A stretch of 64,000 nt of DNA from Pecten maximus (taxonomy: Eukaryota): assembly GCF_902652985.1 (NCBI RefSeq), contig NC_047015.1, forward strand, positions 22,630,001 through 22,694,000. Reading direction: 5' to 3'. Below are positions 43,601 to 55,275 of the stretch, one piece after another. How positions within the stretch are numbered: the stretch's first letter is position 1; each line of letters opens with the position of its first letter. The notes under the pieces were generated by a model that made no database searches, was not told the DNA's origin, and saw nothing but the letters and a program-made list of their open reading frames with translations. A program made the position numbers and the translations under genes.

Positions 43601-43690
43601 ACCGACACAGTTATACACGGTATATTTAGTACCGACACAGTTATACACGGTTTATTTAGTACCGACACAGTAATACACGGTTTATTTTGT
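34700..43690. repeat. 9-kb composite higher-order satellite
   Basis: Blocks of the ~19-bp ACATAGTTATACACGGTTT (with 8-10 bp subunits) alternate with blocks of the 30-bp GACACAGTTATACACGGTWTATTTAGTACC. Each short-to-30-bp transition is marked by an identical ~50-bp linker, at 36891, 40084 and 42490. Confidence 0.96.
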
Positions 43691-43900
43691 ACATACAAGG
43701 TTATGATGTACAGGCGTAGAAGTTCACTCTAATTACATTAGTATTGTTGCCGTAGCTACAGAGTTAGATTGACTTCCGTACATACGGTGTACTATATGAG
43801 CTATATTTAATACTGACACAGTAACCGGGGCATTTCCGCGTTACTGTTAGCGGCATATGTATGTACATGCCTTAACAGTGTCAATGCATATCATTGTTTT

Positions 43901-44060
43901 TGTTACCTATACATTTCAGTCCCTGCCGGACCGTTACACCTATACATTTCAGTCCCTGCCGGACCGTTACACCTATACATTTCAGCCCCTGTCGGACCGT
44001 TACACCTATACATTTCAGTCCCTGCCGGACCGTTACACCTATACATTTCAGTCCCTGTCG
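43901..44060. repeat. 33-bp minisatellite, about 4.5 copies
   Basis: GTTACACCTATACATTTCAGTCCCTGCCGGACC repeated. Confidence 0.93.
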
Positions 44061-44310
44061 TGTTGTTACAATATCCATGTTTATTAAGTATATCACAATA
44101 ACCACAAGCACTCTGTCTTCTATCCGATCTAACATGTAAACAAACGAGGTATAGCTGCCTTTACTATAAAAACCAGTGTTTACACGTTCCGGTGATTGCC
44201 TTTAATTCCTGTCCGGATGGCCTCGCGCTTAAGCCTCCGGGCCTAGTGACGTACCGGAATGTATTTAGTGATTACGTTATGACAATATAACATGTCTATC
44301 CCATGCTTAC

Positions 44311-45036
44311 CTTGTATGCATCCGGAATGTTTTGTGGTTCTCCCGTTTTCGCCACATATCCTATTATTCCCGTTCCCCATGCTATTCGGATACTCTCTCG
44401 ATTTTCCGACACTTCATCTAACGACGTTTCGGCGTTAACGTCAAACAGTTTGGACACCAGGTGCTTTTCCTCCGTACCACTACCGTGCACGAGGAAGAGG
44501 GAGCACCTGTCTGCGTCAAGGAGTATGCACACGTTTTGGAGTATTTTATGACAGAGACTGGTGACATCCAGGTCGTTACATATGTCTATCACTAATTCGT
44601 ACATTAGTTCCTTTTCGTCAAGCGCCTTAAGCTCGCTGCGCGAGCGACGTTGACACTTGTTATTGGTACTGCTCTGGCTGGACGGGGCAGATGAGGGGCC
44701 CAGAAACGTAGGCAATCCATCTACTGTCGATACTATAGGATCTAGGGTATCGCCTTTGTCGAATTCTTGAGCAGAGATTTTCCGAACAGGTGTATTTGTT
44801 CCGGAGTTGTTCCTGGAGTTCGAATCACTGGAATTGTTATCCGACTGGACATGGAGCCCGGGACTGTGGTTGAAGGCATGGGCCAGAAGCCAGCCGTCTA
44901 CCATGCTCTTCTTGGCTTTCCGAGCAAAGTAGTCATGGACAAATTCCGGGTGGTCGTCCATCCAACGCTCCATCCGGGAAAACTCCTCCGACTGTTCCGG
45001 GGACTGTCTGTCACCACAGACCGGGTCGACCGACAT
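44311..45036 (-). CDS. PDE11: First coding exon of a dual cAMP/cGMP phosphodiesterase 11-like protein (N-terminus and first half of GAF-A); partial gene
   Basis: Translation contains RMERWMDDHPEFVHDYFARKA, TPVRKISAQEF, RRSRSELKALDEKELMYELVIDICNDLDVTSLCHKILQNVCILLDADRCSLFLV, LVSKLFDV and WGTGIIGYVAKTGEPQNIPDAYK, matching invertebrate PDE11/PDE5-6-type GAF PDEs as I recall them. It ends at a phase-0 donor AAG|GTAAGC (exon end 44311). The ORF track's final VSMG is intron read-through. Confidence 0.92.
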
Positions 45037-46871
45037 TTTCCTGAAACCGCCTTTGGTCTTTCCTTTAGTCCGCCTAGACCTACATGTGGACGACGATGAA
45101 CATGGGAACAGTTTGGAGGAGAAACTTTGGCGGAGCGAATCCAGTTTGCTGTTTCCGATAGGAAGCTCCGTTAAGAAGTGTTACACGAGAACACAGAAGC
45201 CTTCAGCTGACAGCTGACAAACTTCCCAGCCCAGGCATGAATATACTTACGGATCCATAAACTACTAGGTAAATATTTGACCCGGCGACACGCTGTATGC
45301 CACGGTACGGTGGTTAAAGAGCTGTCCCGCTATCTGACGGAGCACCGGTATTGTGGTCTCCAATAGTTCCACACGTTCGGTATTGACCCGACTCCGTACT
45401 ATATAGTTATCACATGGCTATGTTTACAACGTGGCCCGGGTTCCTGGGGACGATACAGCCTAGAGTACCGCCGTCCGTAAACGATTCAACGCACCAACAC
45501 ACACGGTTGTAGCCATGTTACACACTAGTCATGTTAGGTAGGCCATAGAAAGTCGCCTAAACCTACAAACGTAAACTGATTCACAAAAGTTGGCTATATA
45601 CTACCCCCTCTCTGCTGTTCAATAGGCGTACCTGAGGCCTTGTATTTCTGTATTGGGCCATGCGATTGGTTTGGAGTTCTACTATCGTCATAAGGTTCAA
45701 GGGTCACTTCGTGGGAGATCAAAATACTTCAGTGTTTCTACAAATTCTTCTCGCTGGGCCGGGTCTCTCCAGTCTCCGCATGCTAAAGCTCTAGAGTTAA
45801 TAACAGTAGGTAATCCACGAGGGCTGCTAGAGCCATGGAGATATCTATAATCCCTATCATTTCCTTTAACCAACTTTTTCTCCGATTCTGAGACATATCC
45901 AGCTAATTTCCATATCCACTTCGTATGCGTCAACATAAGCACGTGGCCACATGGCCTTTGTATATGTGCTGTATAACACCGACAATGCAACGCATATCAT
46001 TATATCATACCGGCAGATTGTGTTGATCGTCAGACTGGTATTTTACATGGGCGTTGACAATCACAGTCGGCTGGATAGGTCAATACTCAGTGGCGTGCAG
46101 CTTCATTCGTTATTTGTTTTTTATTGTATCTATTACTGAATTTTAATTTGGTATTCATTAATATGTTTGTTATTGTCTCACTTGTAAAAGGTCTATGCTC
46201 ATTTGCGTCTGTTATTCTCCAAGTTTGGTATATAAGTTTTCATCTTGCGATGGAGAAGACGTCGTGTCGCGTGCCAGAGATAGGTCACTGCTATGCAGTA
46301 TGCATGTACCTAGTGTTTGACCTTTTGACCTTCAGATGATAAAAACAGTGTCCGGGTGTATGGCCCCATCTCAGGAAATTCGTATGTCGTGTATCAAATA
46401 TAGATCACTGCGACCTAGATTTTGAGCTTTAACCTTCATCTTTCTGATTTACTTCCGGGGTATCGCTTATCTCATGTCGTACAAGTGAGTGTACGACAGC
46501 ATCTTCTATACCAATGCTGTTACTGTTATCAATATTTTGACCTTGCTTCTTTGGGAGACTGTTTCATTTAATGTCTTCACATATTTGTATTTAAAGATAA
46601 TTCAAGTTTGTAAATCGTACTTCAATTTTACGAATGATTATCCTGTACTCCCAAGAAAGCAACTACTATATCTTGATCCCAAACACTATCCTACTATAGT
46701 TATAGCGTGTCACAGGAGGCGACTAATGTGAGGAAGTGTAGGATTCAATTTGTCAACCATGTTTTTTAACGCGACAGACAATATAGATAAAATTTGACTT
46801 GCTGACTGGAAGACCTGTTTTCCTCTACCTGTTCCCGACTACTGTCACTGAACATCTATGGTCATACAGGT

Positions 46872-47403
46872 TGGTTGGTTTATTTTGTTGAACGTCCTAT
46901 ACACAGCTAAGGTCATTTAAGGACGGCCTCCCGTGCGTGCGACATGCATGCGTGTGGTGAGTGCTTATGTGTGTTTGGCAGGCTTCGGTTCATGTTCGTG
47001 TTAAGTCTCCTTGTGATAGGCCGGAACCTTTGCCGATTTATATTGCTACCTCACTGAAGCATACTGCCGAAGACAACCAGCAGGACACCCCACCCGGTCA
47101 CATTATACCGACAACGGGCGAACCAGTCGTCCAGCTCCAAAATATGCTGAGCGCTAAGCAGGAGTAGCAACTACCATTTTTAAAGACTCTGGTATGTCTC
47201 GGCCAGGGGACAGAACCAAAAGCCGTCCTCACAGCGGCGAACGCTCAAATAAAGGCCAAAAGTGAGGCATTGTCAAGGGAGACATTAGGAAGAAGAAAGT
47301 TGTTCAGAAATAAGAGAAAAGATAATATCCCAAATTTAGTCGCCTCCTACGATCATGCAATTGGGGCAGCAGGTACAATTCTTACGCCCTACCTGCAGGG
47401 CAG
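46872..47403 (-). mobile_element. Full-length 532-bp composite SINE (structured 5' head, degenerate tRNA/Meta-like body, (AACC)n tail)
   Basis: 12-bp target-site duplication GGTCATACAGGT at 46860-46871 and 47404-47415. Body GAGACATACCAGAGTCTTTAAAAATGGTAGTTGCTACTCCTGCTTAGCGCTCAGCAT. Tail AAATGACCTTAGCTGTGTATAGGACGTTCAACAAAATAAACCAACCAA. Related copies at 4187 and 56853. Confidence 0.88.
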
Positions 47404-48414
47404 GGTCATACAGGTATGACTTCACTAGTAGATGGCGTGAAATCGGAAAACTTGAGCCGCAGCATGAGTTTCCATATTGAAGAGGAAACAGCTGATGGCA
47501 GTTTGCTAGGCTTGCCATTTATAGTAGATTTAAGGGCTATTATATAATGCTTAAAATTTTAATTTTGTACACTCGAGTTTTAGTTGGTTATTTAAAAGGT
47601 ACATATCATTAATACATTGAAAGGCATATTTATCTATATGTTCATCTAAATAGGTGGATTTATTCTAAGGCACGTATCCAATCAGTAATTGAAACCATGT
47701 GACAATATTAGCCCCTGCATAGACGACTAGCTTTGCTCGTAAAGTTTCCCGCCATTACAGCAGCTTCCAATGACGTCATGCAACTTACACCATATGTTTG
47801 TAGTATAAATAGACAAATCGTGCAATTCAATTACTTTGCCTGGCCAACCCTGAATTATGCATGATGTCGGAATAATTTCCTATTAGGAATTCCACAGTGG
47901 ACAGATCTACGAGATGTATAAACCCATGGAACTTCTCAATCTGGACCTTGGCGGGATACCTGGTTAATTAGTTAATTGTAGTCAAGACGATATTGGACTA
48001 TGTAATAAATGGTCGAAATGACCTCGACCCACTTAACTGGACAAGTTAAAACAAGGACACAAAACATCGAGCAGGGAACGCCATTAATGGTATAGTGTCT
48101 GTAGGTATATGGTGGCCTGTTCGGGATAATCTATATCGCGTATCGCCCTTCTGAAGTCGACAACGTGAACACGTGAGAATATGACGGTTACGACGAGAAA
48201 ACAATATAGTCGTCGACGACGCATAAAAACCGGAGAGGGAACGACTCGCTTTCTTGTGTAAGGAAGTTAAGAGTTTGTAAAATGTAATGAAGATGGATAA
48301 GATTACGATGGCCGACAGCGGACTGTCAAAAAGTTGCTTGACTAACGACTTTTAGTACCAAAATATGTTACAACATTAAGTATAAACAGCTATTAGTGAC
48401 AGCGTTTTCTGTAC

Positions 48415-49240
48415 GTCGCCGTAAAATTATCATCCCCTCCACGTCGTATGAATGCTCCCCCCCCCCCTCACCGTCGTAAAATTCTCATCCCAATCCACGT
48501 TGTATGAATGCCCCCCCCCCCCCTAACCGTCGTATAATTCTCCTCCCCTCACCGTCGTATAATTATCATATCCTCCTCGTCGTATGAATGCTCACTCCCT
48601 TCCGCCGTATAATTCTCCTCCCCTCACCGCCGTATAATTCTCCTCCCCTCCCCGTCGTATGAATGCTCACTCCCTTCCGCCGTATAATTCTCCTCCCCTC
48701 ACCGTCGTACGAATGCTCTCCCCTCACCGTCGTATAATTATCATATCCTCCTCGTCGTATGAATGTTCACTCCCTTCCGCCATATAATTCTCCTCCCCTC
48801 CCCGTCGTATGAATGCTCACTCCCTTCCGCCGTATAATTCTCCTCCCCTCACCGTCGTACGAATGCTCTCCCCTCACCGTCGTATAATTATCATATCCTC
48901 CTCGTCGTATGAATGCTCTCTCCCTTCCGCCGTATAATTCTCCTCCCCTCACCGTCGTATAATTATCATCCCCTCCCCGTCGTATAATTCTCCTCCCCTC
49001 ACCGTCGTATAATTATCCTCCCCTCACCGTCGTATGAATGCTCTCCCCTCACCGCCGTATAATTATCATCCCCTCACCGTCGTATGAATGCTCACTCCCT
49101 TCCGCCATATAATTATCATCCCCTCACCGTCGTATGAATGCTCACTCCCTTCCGCCATATAATTATCATCCCCTCACCGCCGTATAATTATCATCCCCTC
49201 ACCGTCGTATAATTTTCTCTCTCTCGTCGTCGTATGAATC
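48415..49240. repeat. Composite ~23-26 bp pyrimidine-rich minisatellite
   Basis: Alternating CGTCGTATAATTCTCCTCCCCTCAC and CGTCGTATGAATGCTCACTCCCTTC units. Confidence 0.92.
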
Positions 49241-50201
49241 ATCGCGCTCTCGCCGTCAATTCTCGCTCCATGACCGCCGTGTTGACACGTCGTCAATGGA
49301 AAGTGTGAACCTAACCAGTCACCATACATGTAAGCAATGTGTTAGCCCAAATATCCATCAACCCTGCCAACACTCAAAGAGAGGTTTTTTAAACAATGCT
49401 TCTGTTAGAGATGTAGAGGAGGTCGTTATAAAGATCCTTGGAAAGACCGCCCGGAGCACCACTTTTAAGGAGTGTCACTGAGCGGAGAGACCCGGATGCG
49501 AAAGGAAACATTGCCATGCGAGATGGTGTAACACGTAACAATAAACTCTCTTCGCTGTAATTATCTTCACAATGACGTCACAAACTCGGATGCCGGCGAC
49601 GCGTTCATTAGTGTCCACTTCGGAAACTCCTTACTTCTGTCAAGCGTTTCCCGGAACCTACCGCTCGTGTCCGCTAGTTCGTTATCCCAGACACGTGCGG
49701 GTCTGGTATTGTCATCACAATTATATTATTTCTGATTCTCATGCGGAAGATGATCACAATGGATACGTGTGGTGGTTTTTATATATACTATCATATTATT
49801 AATGGAAACGTGGATGTTAAATCGAGCTAACATCATGTGCCTGGAGAAATCCACGTAAAAGCCTGAACTCAATGCTTGTGTGACATGGAAGTCAGGGAAT
49901 CGCATATTAACCTCGGTTAATGTTCGCCAGCTCTTGTCAGTCCCAATCAACATTCTTCATTGACTATTTAGAATACGATATGGCCAGACAAATAACAACA
50001 GTTTGATACAAGTACTTGGTGATAATTCTTCATCCCATTGAACAATATTGTTTATAACCTGGAACTGATTCCTTTAATTCGTTGAATTACCATTTCATAT
50101 CGACTGTTGGTGTCTGGACGGACGGGTGAATACTATGACTTCGAGCGTGACATGTCGGCAGTGGGTGTCTGGACGGACGGGGAATACTTTGACTTCGATC
50201 A

Positions 50202-52785
50202 CTGTATCTCCTTGAACAGAACCACTTGTTGTTGGTCAGTGTATGTATCTTGAACAGAACCACTTGTTGTTGGTCAGTGTCTGTATCTCCCTTGAACAGA
50301 ACCACTTGTTGTTGGTCAGTGTCTGTATCTCCCTTGAACAGAACCACTTGTTGTTGGTCAGTGTCTGTATCTCCCTTGAACAGAACCACATGTTGTTGGT
50401 CAGGGTCTGTATCTCCCTTGAACAGAACCACTTGTTGTTTGTCAGTGTCTGTATCTCCCTTGAACAGAACCACTTGTTGTTGGTCAGAGTCTGTATCTCC
50501 CTTGAACAGAACCACATGTTGTTGGTCAGGGTCTGTATCTCCCTTGAACAGAACCACTTGTTGTTTGTCAGTGTCTGTATCTCTCTTGAACAGAACCACT
50601 TGTTGTTGGTCAGTGTCTGTATCTCCCTTGAACAGAACCACTTGTTGTTTGTCAGTGTCTGTATCTCCCTTGAACAGAACCACTTGTTGTTGGTCAGTGT
50701 CTGTATCTCCCTTGAACAGAACCACTTGTTGTTGGTCAGTGTCTGTATCTCCCTTGAACAGAACCACATGTTGTTGGTCAGGGTCTGTATCTCCCTTGAA
50801 CAGAACCACTTGTTGTTTGTCAGTGTCTGTATCTCCCTTGAACAGAACCACTTGTTGTTGGTCAGAGTCTGTATCTCCCTTGAACAGAACCACATGTTGT
50901 TGGTCAGGGTCTGTATCTCCCTTGAACAGAACCACTTGTTGTTTGTCAGTGTCTGTATCTCTCTTGAACAGAACCACTTGTTGTTGGTCAGTGTCTGTAT
51001 CTCCCTTGAACAGAACCACTTGTTGTTTGTCAGTGTCTGTATCTCCCTTGAACAGAACCACTTGTTGTTGGTCAGTGTCTGTATCTCCCTTGAACAGAAC
51101 CACATGTTGTTGGTGAGTGTCTGTATCTCCCTTGAACAGAACCACTTGTTGTTGGTCAGTGTCTGTATCTCCCTTGAACAGAACCACTTGTTGTTTGTCA
51201 GTGTCTGTATCTCCCTTGAACAGAACCACATGTTGTTGGTCAGTGTCTGTATCTCCTTTGAACAGAACCACTTGTTGTTGGTCAGTGTCTGTATCTCCCT
51301 TGAACAGAACCACATGTTGTTGGTCAGTATCTGTATCTCCTTTGAACAGAACCACATGTTGTTGGTCAGTATCTGTATCTCCTTTGAACAGAACCACTTG
51401 TTGTTGGTCAGTGTCTGTATCTCCCTTGAACAGAACCACTTGTTGTTGGTGAGTGTCTGTATCTCCTTTGAACAGAACCACATGTTGTTGGTGAGTGTCT
51501 GTATCTTGAACAGAACCACTTGTTGTTGGTCAGTGTCTGTATCTCCCTTGAACAGAACCATATGTTTTTGGTCAGAGACTGTATCTCCCTTGAACAGAAC
51601 CACATGTTGTTTGTCAGTGTCTGTATCTCCCTTGAACAGAACCACATGTTGTTGGTGAGTGTCTGTATCTCCCTTGAACAGAACCACATGTTGTTTGTCA
51701 GTGTCTGTATCTCCCTTGAACAGAACCACATGTTGTTTGTCAGTGTCTGTATCTCCCTTGAACATAACCACTTGTTGTTGGTGAGTGTCTGTATCTCCCT
51801 TGAACAGAACCACATGTTGTTTGTCAGTGTCTGTATCTCTCTTGAACAGAACCACTTGTTGTTGGTCAGTGTCTGTATCTCCCTTGAACAGAACCACTTG
51901 TTGTTGGTCAGTGTCTGTATCTCCCTTGAACAGAACCACATGTTGTTTGTCAGTGTCTGTATCTCCCTTGAACAGAACCACTTGTTGTTGGTCAGTGTCT
52001 GTATCTTGAACAGAACCACATGTTGTTGGTCAGTGTCTGTATCTCCCTTGAACAGAACCACTTGTTGTTGGTGAGTGTCTGTATCTCCCTTGAACAGAAC
52101 CACATGTTGTTTGTCAGTGTCTGTATCTCCCTTGAACAGAACCACTTGTTGTTGGTCAGTGTCTGTATCTCCCTTGAACAGAACCACTTGTTGTTGGTCA
52201 GTGTCTGTATCTCCCTTGAACAGAACCACTTGTTGTTGGTCAGTGTCTGTATCTCCCTTGAACATAACCACTTGTTGTTGGTGAGTGTCTGTATCTCCCT
52301 TGAACAGAACCACATGTTGTTTGTCAGTGTCTGTATCTCTCTTGAACAGAACCACATGTTGTTGGTCAGTGTCTGTATCTCCCTTGAACAGAACCACTTG
52401 TTGTTGGTCAGTGTCTGTATCTCCCTTGAACAGAACCACATGTTGTTTGTCAGTGTCTGTATCTCCCTTGAACAGAACCACTTGTTGTTGGTCAGTGTCT
52501 GTATCTTGAACAGAACCACATGTTGTTGGTCAGTGTCTGTATCTCCCTTGAACAGAACCACTTGTTGTTGGTGAGTGTCTGTATCTCCCTTGAACAGAAC
52601 CACATGTTGTTTGTCAGTGTCTGTATCTCCCTTGAACAGAACCACTTGTTGTTGGTCAGTGTCTGTATCTCCCTTGAACAAAACCACTTGTTGTTGGTCA
52701 GTGTCTGTATCTCCCTTGAACAGAACCACTTGTTGTTGGTCAGTGTCTGTATCTCCCTTGAACAGAACCACTTGTTGTTGGTCAC
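50202..52785. repeat. 42-bp minisatellite, about 60 copies
   Basis: GTCTGTATCTCCCTTGAACAGAACCACWTGTTGTTGGTCAGT. It gives 14-aa periodic ORFs on both strands and has a 500-bp higher-order duplication near its right end. Confidence 0.97.
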
Positions 52786-52979
52786 TTAACAGGTTACCAA
52801 TTTGAATATAAACACCTGCAAACGTGACCCTCGTCATCAACATGTAAAACCATAGGTATGTCGTTCTGTTCTCCTATTTCTGGTGATTTTATTTTATTGA
52901 ATAAATAAATGGTAAGAAAATGCAGAGGAAAGCATTAATGTCACTTGTGATTGTCTCGTTTGAGTGCACATTTTGTTAC

Positions 52980-53199
52980 CAAAATACTTATTTGTCCAGC
53001 GTCTGGACCAAAATACTTATTTGTCCAGTGTCTGGCACAAAATACTTATTTGTCCAGTGTCTGGCACAAAATACTTATTTGTCCAGTGTCTGGCACAAAA
53101 TACTTATTTGTCCAGTTTGTCCAGTGTCTGGCACAAAATACTTACTTGTCCAGTGTCTGGCACAAAATACTTACTTGTCCAGTGTCTGGCACAAAATAC
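52980..53199. repeat. 29-bp minisatellite, about 7 copies
   Basis: CACAAAATACTTATTTGTCCAGTGTCTGG repeated. Confidence 0.93.
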
Positions 53200-53959
53200 G
53201 CGGCTCACATTGTTTATCAACCAAATTATCAACAGCAAAATATTAAAAAAGAAACAAACCCTGAGACAATAACATTTGTTTGTTTTCGTTTTAATTATCT
53301 AAAAGATAAATGTGTCCCAACAAAAATTAGGTAAAGCTGTGTTGATGAATTTACTTCACACTCACTTCACTTCGTGTCATGTAACTAGTTAAGTTTTGGG
53401 CGACATATTTGATTTGATGCTGCCAAATTGTCACGGCGACACATTCAGCTTCATCAAAAGTCTCCACCAGACGTGGAGTGACTGACAACAAACTCATACC
53501 GGTCACTTTTTTGTACCTACGTAATTGTTGACAATTTCAATATTGTTTATCAACAGTCCCCGGGAGTCTGTTTCCTGTTCCACGTTATCCTCGCTCGGAC
53601 GATAGGACAGATACTGTATGTTATGTAACGTAGTCGAACCGTGTCGGGTAAACACTCACGGTCTAAAACACGTGCAAGAACCCCACAGGATTGAAAGATT
53701 TTCAGTTAGTAACCAAGGTTACACGAGTAATCTCCCCTTCATCGAACTAGCTACAAACCACCTTGTTATCGATAAGAAATGAGAGTTACTCCGCTTGGCA
53801 AATGAAAAAGAAACTCTATGCCAATATACTCGACTGATAATTAATTTTGCAGTGCTACGAATACAAATAACAAAATGATACCAAGTCAGTTAAGTGATTT
53901 AACTAACAGACCGCAGGTATCTCGAAGTTTATGCGACTACTAACTATCCATCGGCCAGT

Positions 53960-54816
53960 TAGCTACAGTTACCATCTAACTAAAAGTGTACCTATATATT
54001 AGGTGACTACAGTTACCATCTAACTAAAAGTGTACCTATATATTAGGTGACTACAATTACCATCTAACTAAAAGTGTACCTATATATTAGGTGACTACAG
54101 TTACCATCTAACTAAAAGTGTACCCATATATTAGGTGACTACAGTTACCATCTAACTACCCATATATTATGTGACAACAGTTACTATCTAACTACCCATA
54201 GGTTTGGTGACAACAGTTACTATTTAACTACCCATAGGTTTGGTGACTACAGTTACTATTTAACTACCCATAGGTTTGGTGACAACAGTTACTATTTAAC
54301 TACCCATAGGTTTGGTGACTACAGTTACTGTCTAACTACCCATAGGTTTGGTGACAACAGTTACTATTTAACTACCCATAGGTTTGGTGACTACAGTTAC
54401 TATTTAACTACCCATATATTATGTGACAACAGTTACTATTTAACTACCCATATATTATGTGACAACAGTTACTATCTAACTACCCATAGGTTTGGTGACA
54501 ACAGTTACTATCTAACTACCCATAGGTTTGGTGACAACAGTTACTATTTAACTACCCATAGGTTTGGTGACAACAGTTACTGTCTAACTACCCATAGGTT
54601 TGGTGACTACAGTTACTGTCTAACTACCCATAGGTTTGGTGACAACAGTTACTATTTAACTACCCATAGGTTTGGTGACAACAGTTACTGTCTAACTACC
54701 CATAGGTTTGGTGACTACAGTTACTGTCTAACTACCCATAGGTTTGGTGACAACAGTTACTATTTAACTACCCATAGGTTTGGTGACAACAGTTACTACC
54801 TAACTACCCATAGGTT
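53960..54816. repeat. 44-bp array converting to a 36-bp array
   Basis: GGTGACTACAGTTACCATCTAACTAAAAGTGTACCTATATATTA (period 44, 54002/54046), then GGTGACWACAGTTACTATYTAACTACCCATAGGTTT (period 36, 54206/54242). Confidence 0.95.
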
Positions 54817-54826
54817 AGGATGCTAG

Positions 54827-54882
<56 letters not shown>
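54827..54882. repeat. Poly-C homopolymer (56 nt)
   Basis: Uninterrupted C run. Confidence 0.95.
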
Positions 54883-55275
54883 ATTAAACGGGTTACACAT
54901 TATCACAAATTGTTGCTCCTCCTGTTCTCTAGCTATTACAGCATCTTTGGATCTTTCGTAGGAAAAACTGTTTATGATGTTAAACTTATTGAGCTGTACT
55001 CCTTGTATGATCCACAACCATATTGGAGTATTATTGATCGACCAGTGGAATCGGCTTGTATTAATAACCGAAATCTACATACAGCTAATTGGCGTACCAT
55101 TATCTAAATTATCTTTGACAAAAAGTATGGACATGTACTGTACCAATATTGAGAGTATTTTAGAAGGGTGAGAACTGTCTCCCGGTTTGACATGATATAG
55201 CCATGTGAAGCATTTAAATTTGGTTAGACATTTTATTTTTACTTGTGTCCTTAGTTACATTCTCTAGGACTTTAA

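Noticed and set aside
46300-46460. GACCTTTTGACCTT-containing segment (similar one at ~5510-5570)
   Set aside because: It resembles decayed HINE core repeats, but the boundaries cannot be defined from the sequence alone.
50087-52843. Multiple long 14-aa-periodic ORFs on both strands
   Set aside because: 42-bp array with frame-shifting 37-bp variants, so no coding constraint.
54820-55107. Poly-Pro and poly-Gly ORFs
   Set aside because: These are translations of the C56 homopolymer.
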